From the human T2T-CHM13v2.0 reference genome, Homo sapiens, in assembly GCF_009914755.1 (NCBI RefSeq), contig NC_060941.1: a DNA stretch of 64,000 bases; one strand, given 5' to 3'. The notes under the pieces were generated by a model, which saw only the letters and a list, made by a program, of their open reading frames with translations, did no database searches and was not told where the DNA came from. How positions within the stretch are numbered: the stretch's first letter is position 1; the number at the start of each line of letters is the position of its first letter. This document shows, piece after piece, positions 48,158 to 64,000 of the stretch. The translations under genes and the position numbers were made by a program.

Positions 48158-48344
48158 ACGGTCTGGGGAAAGGCTCCTGTGTTGTTGAGCCTGCCAAGTT
48201 GTAGGTGCAGCATGGTACCAGGCAGCCCAACCCTGACCTAAAGTAAATTCCCGGAAGAAGTCTTTCCTGGGTTTTGAATTTGCAGTAACAGGTGTGAGCA
48301 TTCTAGCAGCAGTTTGATGATCATGTATGATACTGCAAACAGGA
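48158..48344 (+). ncRNA. SCARNA16: H/ACA small Cajal body RNA 16 (ACA47), guide for pseudouridylation of U1 snRNA U5
   Basis: Hairpin-hinge-hairpin-tail fold of 187 nt. H box AAAGTA at 48240-48245; ACA at 48339-48341 plus 3 nt. 3' pocket strands CAGGT (48289-48293) and GTAT (48325-48328) are complementary to U1 nt 7-11 (ACCUG) and nt 1-4 (AUAC), with the pocket 14 nt from the ACA box. UGAG motifs at 48186 and 48295 are possible CAB boxes. Confidence 0.93.
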
Positions 48345-48348
48345 CCTA
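48268..48348 (+). ncRNA. MIR6516: pre-miR-6516, snoRNA-derived miRNA hairpin overlapping the 3' hairpin of SCARNA16
   Basis: TTTGCAGTAACAGGTGTGAGCA (48279-48300) and ATCATGTATGATACTGCAAACA (48320-48341) match the recalled miR-6516-5p and -3p sequences. The arms pair (TTTGCAGTA/TACTGCAAA). Confidence 0.85.
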
Positions 48349-48427
48349 CGTTTAAAGAAAATGGTTGTAGTTAGTATCAGAGAGCCCTTGCTTTTCAAAA
48401 CTTCATAAACAATGTTACTGTCGTGTC

Positions 48428-51822
<3,395 letters not shown>

Positions 51823-52617
51823 AGAAAGGGAAAGATGAGGTTAGGAAGTCCTTGTGATGTCTTTGAGTAGGAGGTGACCAGCCCTTGGCTCAGTGGTACC
51901 TGTAGACTTGGAAGAATGAGGGGTGGCTGGGGGCCCATTCCCCGCAGGGCAGAATCCCAGGGTACCTCCCATGTCATGTTCTAGGTGGAAGGTGGATTTT
52001 AGATTTTAGAGAGTATCTCATGGAGCTCACAGTTTTAAATATTCAGACTTGGTAAAGTAGAATAAGAACTGATGCATATACTTTTCTTTGCAGGTCAGTT
52101 TCTGGAAGACTTGTGTGTGTGATGAATGAATATCTGGTTTTGTCTCTGCTGGGCCTGTGTGCCTGGAAAGGAATTGTTTTGGCCTAGGATCATCCAGGTT
52201 TGTTTGGTTTAGTTCTTGACCACATATTTTTTGAATGGTGACTGCTTAAGACCCTGTTGTGTATGGCTATAAATAGATACACGCCAAGGTGACCACATAC
52301 TCTGTGGTTCCTGTGCCCGCCGGCCATGTGTCTGAGTGTGTAGCCTCTCATCATCTAAAGGAACTTTGGCTGCAGAGGGGAGGCCTGGTCCCATGGGAAG
52401 TTTTGGGAGCGCAGCAGCAGGTGGGTTCAAACGACCCAGCAAGTGCCTCCTTAGCACTTAGAGGCGGAGGCCACCACGTTGTCCACGTGGGGTTTCTGAT
52501 CCCAGCTCCCCACCAGCCTGCTGGACCTCGGGCAGGTCCCTCCCTGTTTGTACCTCCATTACTTCTTCAGTAAGATGGGGACACTGAAGATGACCATGCC
52601 TCCCACCAGATTGGTGC

Positions 52618-53679
<1,062 letters not shown>

Positions 53680-53815
53680 TGATAAACAGTTACCTACATT
53701 CTCCTCTGCATGCTTGTCTTTAGAGGAAGGAAATGTATTAATTGCCCAAAGTAATATATTGTGTTAAGATGTGATATATACTGGGGAAAAAAAAAGTGTA
53801 TATTGACATTTCTGG

Positions 53816-53875
53816 AATAAACCACTTTGATTCCCAGTTACTGACTCGTTCTCCTGTGTGGTGTCTTTCCTGTAT
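53816..53875 (+). terminator. Polyadenylation signal of the SNHG20 main last exon
   Basis: AATAAA at 53816-53821, upstream TGTA elements (~53734, ~53797), CA at 53835-53836, downstream GU-rich tract tgtgtggtgtctttcctgtatg. Confidence 0.75.
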
Positions 53876-54926
53876 GCAGAAGGCCGGCTTCCCCACAGGG
53901 GCTGGGGGTGACTTGTCTGTCCTTGGAATATGAGTCTTTGCAAGCAGCTGCTGCCCATGTGCACAGTTCCTCGAGGAGTTGGTTCAATCTTGGTTTGGGA
54001 GTTTGATTGGAAGGATTAGATCCTAGGCTCCCCTGAGCAGTAACATCTTATTTATAGCGTGGAAAATGGACAGAGCTGTTGATACTTAGGAGAGCTTTCC
54101 TCATTATCACCCCGAGGAGAGTGCCTGAGTCTCCAAGAGGTCATTGTTGGTCTGCAAGCTCTTAAGGCAGAAGAGTCTGCCAGTAACAGGGAAATCAGGA
54201 CAGGATGGGAATGAGTGTCCCAAGGCAGTGACAGAAGCTGAGGCTGAACCTTCCCAGGAATCCTCCACCTTCAGGGTGCCACCTTGTCTCTGCATGAAGT
54301 GTCTGCAGACACACTGCCTGAAAGTGGCTCCTTAACAATGAACCTGCTTGCCTTTTCTCTGTCACTAGACCCCAAGACAATGAAGAGCCTTCATTGGCTG
54401 GGCATGGTGGCTTGCGCCTGTAATCCCAGCACTTTAGGAGGCCGAGGCGGGTGGTCAGGAGTTCGAAAGCAGCCTGACCAACATGGTGAAACCCCATCTC
54501 TACTAAAAATACAAAATTCAACCAGGTGTCGTGGCAGGCACCTGTAATCCCAGCTGCTCGGGAGGCTGAGGCATGAGAATCAGTTGAACCCAGGAGACAG
54601 AGGTTTCGGTGAGCCAAGGTCACACCACTGCACTCCAGCCTAGAAGACAGAGCAAGACTTTGTCTCAAAAAAAAAAATTAACTAATTACTTAAATAAATA
54701 AACAGCCTTCACTAATTCTCCTACACAGTAATGGGCGCGCTCCTCCTACACAGGACTGGCATGCTGGGCATCTTTCTGGGTGATGGGAGGGAGGCCTAGA
54801 CTCCATGGGTGGAGGCCTAGGAAGGTTTTGTGTGGCTGTCAGGAACATTCCCTGGCCTTGGCTGTCTCCTGCTGTCATTCAGTTCCAGCTCCTTGCAGTC
54901 AGTCTTTTTTTTTTTTTTTTTTTTAA

Positions 54927-55079
<153 letters not shown>

Positions 55080-55113
55080 TAAATATGTGGTTAAGAAGTT
55101 GTATTTAAGGTTA

Positions 55114-55401
<288 letters not shown>

Positions 55402-55541
55402 TCAAAAAAAAAAAAGTCACCGTGGGACACAAGCCCTGTATCAGAAAAGGTATAGAAATTAAAGAACAGTTAAGTCAAGATTTTGAATTTCTCTCTTCGT
55501 CCACTAGAGGATGTAATCCAACACCAGACTGTGTTCTCTGA

Positions 55542-55732
55542 TGTAACTTGGTATAGAGTTTGGGTTTTGGGGCTTTTTTGTTCTGTTTTGATTTGTGTAA
55601 TTTAGCCAAGACTTTCTGTGACCAAAAAGTTATGTCTGTTGTAACTTGGTACAGAGTTTGGATTTTGGGGTTTTTTTGTTTTGTTTTGATTTGTGTAATT
55701 TAGCCAAGACTTTCTGTCACCAAAAAGTTATG
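55542..55732. repeat. 98-bp tandem duplication, two copies
   Basis: tgtaacttggta(t/c)agagtttgg...tagccaagactttctgt(g/c)accaaaaagttatg at 55542 and 55640. Confidence 0.9.
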
Positions 55733-56196
55733 CAGAAGATTCATCTGCGGGGCTGGGCTCTTAGTTACGAATCTGTCCGGTTGTCCCAGTGGAATCAGTC
55801 CAGGTGTCTTGGTTCGTGATAAGTGCTTTCCTTGGAAGCGTTTATCATGTCAGGAACCAAGCACAGGCACTGCACGTGGAGATAAGAGCGTGTTCTAATA
55901 CATTTCTCCGTTCCAATGTACTCCCAGTGCCAGCTGGTGAGAACATCGGGAAAGATTTTCTTTGTAAGGAATCCAGTGTTAACACGTACCAGTATTTGAA
56001 GTCCCAGACAGTGTGCATTAAGGGTTTAGAAGTGTCTCTGGCATGAACATTGCTTATAACTTGAAATTGACAGGTACTTATCAAGACCAAACAAAGTTTG
56101 CACAAAGCCAGCACAGTTAAGAGTGCTGATTGTGGCCGGGCACGGTGGCTCACGCCTGTAATCCCAGCACTTTGGGAGGCCGAGGCGGGCGGATCA

Positions 56197-56424
<228 letters not shown>

Positions 56425-57032
56425 TTAAAAAAAAGAGTGCTGATTGTTAGCTGGTGGGAAAGTGGACTTGCTGGGTGGGGGCGGGGGAGTGGGGAGAATG
56501 ACCATTCTGAAAGTGTAATCTTCAACAGAGTACTGTACGTTCTCTGGCTTATTAGCCCGGTGAACAGCTTTCTGATGGTTTTAGTTGAACAAGTATTGCT
56601 GGATATGTTAAAATACAGCCAGAGGCAAAACATACTCCCTCCTCTCAGAGAACTTATATCCCAGGATAGGGGAGACTGGAAACAGGTCATTAGAATATGC
56701 AGAATAACAGATGAGTGCTATGGAGAGAAAGACAGCAGCCCCACTACGGAGGAGCACGGGATGGGGTTTGCAATTTTAGATGGGTGGCCTTTAACCAAAT
56801 CCTTCAGTGAGAGTAAGTCACATGATGACCAGGAAGAGCACCCCAGCAGGGGAGGCAGCCAGTGCCCTGGCACACAAGCAAAAGGAGTTGATGAGAGGGC
56901 TGGGGGGCTGAGGCCAGATCTCATGGGGCCTCACATGGAGGAAAGTGTGGGACTTCTGCCTTTTCTCTGAATGGTGTCCGTAGCTTACATATTCTATCTA
57001 CTCTTGCCTTTTAGGAACCATTTTTCCCTCTA

Positions 57033-57342
<310 letters not shown>

Positions 57343-57867
57343 TCAAAAAAAAAAAAAAGTATTTCCTGTTCCTACACATTGGCCCATTGAGAGGATCCCA
57401 GGTCTATGCATGGGGACACCGTCTTTTTGGCTCATGTTGAGCCACATGTCCTGCAGTATTTGGAAGTGTTCTGGGACAGACTTTGTTCACATAAAGATCG
57501 CGTGCCCTTCACTGCAGTGATGAAGCTGGAGACTGTCTTTCTCTGTGACAAGGACCTCAGCCCTGGATCTGTCCTCTCCTAGTGCCCACCTCATTCATGG
57601 AGCTCACCCCGTGGTTTTGGAATTGTTTCCTTGCCTGTGCCTTAGCTTCCCTGAACACTACTTCTACACTAGCTCCTTGAGAGTGGGAGCCCTGGACTTA
57701 TTGCTTTTTCAACAGAGTAGATATGTGTGTTTCATTTACATCAGTATTTAAATTGCTAGCAACAAGACCACAAAAACTACATTCTCATAGAAGCCTGTTT
57801 GGGTTTGATGTGGTTACATGTGATTAATGTATTTGAAATAGTTATTTGTTGTGATTTTTTTTTTCAG

Positions 57868-58755
<888 letters not shown>

Positions 58756-58899
58756 TGTTGTTTTTTTTTAACATGCCCCAGCATTACAACAAAAACATGT
58801 CTTTTTGTTTAAAAAAATTTTTTTTCCCAAAGTAATACATGCATTAGTTCAAAAAATTCATAGAACTAAAAGGCTTCTAACACTAGGCTAAGCTTCCCT

Positions 58900-59654
<755 letters not shown>

Positions 59655-61317
59655 TAAGGTCAATCAAGTTAATTTATCCATTCCAATTTTTTTCTTAGAT
59701 GAGTGAGAGAAGACTTTTCATACAATTGATTAAAGTTTTGTTACAATATTGTATGCAGGGGTCAGGCTGTAGTAGTCCAATTCATAAGTTCACATTTAGG
59801 TAGGGATATTTTATAGGAAAATATAAGAGCTGGATTATTGTTGTTAGGCCAAATCTAGAGTCACAGGCTGATGGTTCTGACAGGCAGCTGGTTGGGTAAC
59901 TGGTTTCCCAGAAAACTCCTTCCCAATCTTGCCAGTCTCTACCCAGAAGCAAGTTACGAATTTATTAATTATATCAGGTAGAAAGGGCTCTGTCCCAAGC
60001 CTGGTTTAGTGTTAAGCATATAGTCCCTCTCTTTTTTTTTTTTGAGACAGAGTCTCGCCCTGTTGCTCTGTTGCCCAGGCTGGAGTGCAATGGCACAATC
60101 TCGGCTCACTGCAACCCCAGTCTCCCAGGTTCAAGCAATTATCCTGTGCCTCCTGAGAAGCTGGGATTACAGGCGCACACCACGCCAGGCTAATTTTTGT
60201 ATTTTTAGTAGAGATGGCGTTTCACCATGTTGGCCAGGCTGGTCCCGAACTCCTGACCTCAGGTGACCCGCCCACCTCAGCCTCCCAAAGTGCTGGGATT
60301 ACAGGCATGAGCCACTGTTCCCGGCCCCTCTTTTTTGACCAGACATAATAACTGTCATGGTTAAATCCCTGTCTTGGTTCAGAAGGCCCACGTTGTTGCA
60401 TTTTTGGTCTAAGAATATAAGTGAATTTGTTGTCTAGTTGAGTGCTTCCCAAACAATTTGCAAAGGACTCCCCTGGGGATCCCATCAAAATGCAGCTTCT
60501 GGTGGTTCTGTGGGTCTGGCCTGGGCTGGAGATTCGGCAGTTCTCACAAGCTCCCAGGCCATGCTGATACTGCTGGTCTGAGGACCACTCGGTCCTTTCT
60601 CAGGGATGGTGGGACTTAGGCGTGGACTTACTTTGTAGAACACATCATCCTGACTATTGGTGGTGCTCATTTACACGTTGATGTAATTCCTTTAAACCAG
60701 CGTCCTGTGTTAGGGAAAACGTTCCCAACAGTCCCGTTGCGGTCACCATTTCTTGTAGTTTATTCACCAGGGTCTCTATGTCATGCAAGCTGGGTTCTCT
60801 GAGGTCTCTTATTTACATAGGTACATCAAGAGGCAATGATTAACATCCAAAGACCTCTTTGCTATTTGCTTAACAAAACTGCAGTCATCTGTTGGGGAAA
60901 TATAATTTAAAAACAAAATCCCCCAACCCAGAAAGCCTCGCCACAAAAGTAAAAGCAAAAGAAAACAATTTTATGATTGAATAAGCATTAAACCAAAACG
61001 CGTTGAGCATCACAGGCAGCCCACTGAAAGAACTGCAGAGACAAATCTCCCGCTTTGATACAGCTAAGTGGATACAGCCCATGCACTGTGTAAGTGGGTT
61101 TTGCCATTTAGAATCAGGTGACAGCTGAAGTTGGGATCATCCCCTCCGGAAAACAGTTATCTTCCTTGATGATTACAGTTCACGTGGGTGGCTCAGGTCC
61201 TTGGGGAAACATGACTTGAGTTGGGGGAAACTGGCAGGAGACTCATTTAACCACTTGAAAGCTGTATACACTTTTGAAAAGGACAGAGAAAGAAATTCTG
61301 AAAGGATATGGAAGTGA

Positions 61318-61476
<159 letters not shown>

Positions 61477-61479
61477 TGA

Positions 61480-61728
<249 letters not shown>

Positions 61729-62088
61729 TGACCTCGAACTCCTGGGCTCGAGGGATCCCCCCTACTCAGCCTCCCAAGTAGCTGGGACTATACAGGTGCA
61801 TGCCACCATGCCTGGCTAATTGTTTTGCTATTTTTTAGTAGAAGCGAGGTCTCACTATATTGCCCAGACTGGACTCGAACTCCTGGCTTCAAGTGATCCT
61901 CCACCTCGGCCTCCTAAAGTACTGAAATACAGGCATGAGCACTGCTTGGCCTGAAATGATTTTTCTTTCTTTTTTTTTTGAGAGGGAGTCTTCCTCTGTA
62001 GTCCGGTCTGGAGTGCAGTGGCACGATCTCAGCTCACTGTAACCTCTGCCTCCCAGGTTCAAGCAATTCTCCCACCTCAGCCTCCTGA

Positions 62089-62588
<500 letters not shown>

Positions 62589-63694
62589 TGAAATGGGTTT
62601 TGACTGCTTCTAAGACCCTGCTCAGTCCCAGTTCCTCTGAGTTGCTCAGTGATATCTTCAATAAAAGCTGGGACTGGCCATATTGAATTTTACCTGGGCC
62701 CTGCTCACAGGTGCACCCCTTGTTGATCTATGGGGCCCTGCCCCAGACCCCCAAATTCCCATTCTTGGTCTGGCAAGTGATTTGCTGAACTGTTTGTCCC
62801 CACTGATCAATGGGGGAAAAATGCCTGTTCATGAGACTTTGGTTCTTTCCTAACTTCCCCCCCACTCCTTACCTTCCTGCAGGCCCCTGAACTTTAGCCC
62901 CACCTCAGTGGAGCCGGCACAGGGCCCCATCAGAGCTCCCAACAGGAATAGGGTCACCTCGGGCTCTATCTCTCCATACCCACCTTCCACCCACTTCTCT
63001 GGTTCTCTTTTGGTTTTGTTGTGTTGTTTTGTTTTGTTTTTTGAGACGGAGTCTCACTCTGTTGCCCAGGCTGGAGTGTAGTGGCACAGTCTCGGCTCAC
63101 TGCAACCTCCGCCTCCTGGGTTCAAGCGATTGTCCTGCCTCAGCCTCCTAAGTAGCTGGGATTACAGGCGTGTGCCAGCACACCCAGCTAATTTTTGTAT
63201 TTTTACTAGAGACAGGGTTTCACCATGTTGGCCAGGCTGGTCTCAAATTCCTGACCTCATGATCTGCCCACCTCCGCCTTCTAACATGCTGGAATTATAG
63301 GCATGGAGCCACCGCGCCCTGCCTCTCTTTTGGTTTAACCCTTTGCCATCCAGCCAGAGCTTCTCCATGGCAGTAGTTACTGTCCCCAGCCCTTGCAGTC
63401 ATCCTTTCCAATAGTCTCTCCTCCTACGCCTGGATTTGTTTTTCATTTGACACTGAGCTGCCAGAAGGCCCGGCTCCATGGGGTTACGAGGATACAACGC
63501 ACAGCGGGAAGACCGTGGTTCCAGGCGGCACCGGGCGGGGTCCCAGTGCCACCTGCTTATGACCTGCTCCAGAGCCTGTGCACTCGCTGACCCTGCCACC
63601 TGGCACGCCCTGCCCCTGTCCTTCCCACTCCCTCTTGTGAGTCAGCTCACAGCTCAATACCACCAGGGAGGCCCTCCCTCTCTTCCCACCGTAA

Positions 63695-64000
<306 letters not shown>

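Noticed and set aside
48311-48335. TGATGA box C-like motif suggesting a C/D snoRNA
   Set aside because: It lies within the H/ACA 3' hairpin of SCARNA16, and no matching terminal box D or stem is evident.

Overview
Primate (most likely human) Alu-dense, GC-rich genomic DNA with no credible protein-coding exon. The ORF track is almost entirely Alu-derived or low-complexity open frames. The recognisable core is a CpG-island promoter at about 47.4-47.9 kb driving a + strand spliced lncRNA, which I identify from recalled sequence as SNHG20 (human 17q25). Its second intron hosts the H/ACA scaRNA SCARNA16 (ACA47, guide for U1 snRNA pseudouridine 5), and the scaRNA's 3' hairpin doubles as MIR6516. 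As I recall, the same promoter and first exons also serve a long 5'-UTR isoform of SEC14L1, whose coding exons lie beyond the window. The first ~45 kb are intergenic: nested Alu clusters, MaLR and ERV1 LTRs, DNA transposons, L1/L2/MIR remnants, an orphan CpG-rich patch and several near-consensus CTCF motifs in divergent orientation. I found no well-supported new biological system. The most promising second-look items are an unexplained strand-specific hairpin cluster at ~55.75-56.0 kb, the scaRNA guide element that mimics a 5' splice site, and a hairpin enclosing the SNHG20 poly(A) signal. Repeat subfamily names and boundaries are by eye and approximate; gene names come from memory, not a database search.
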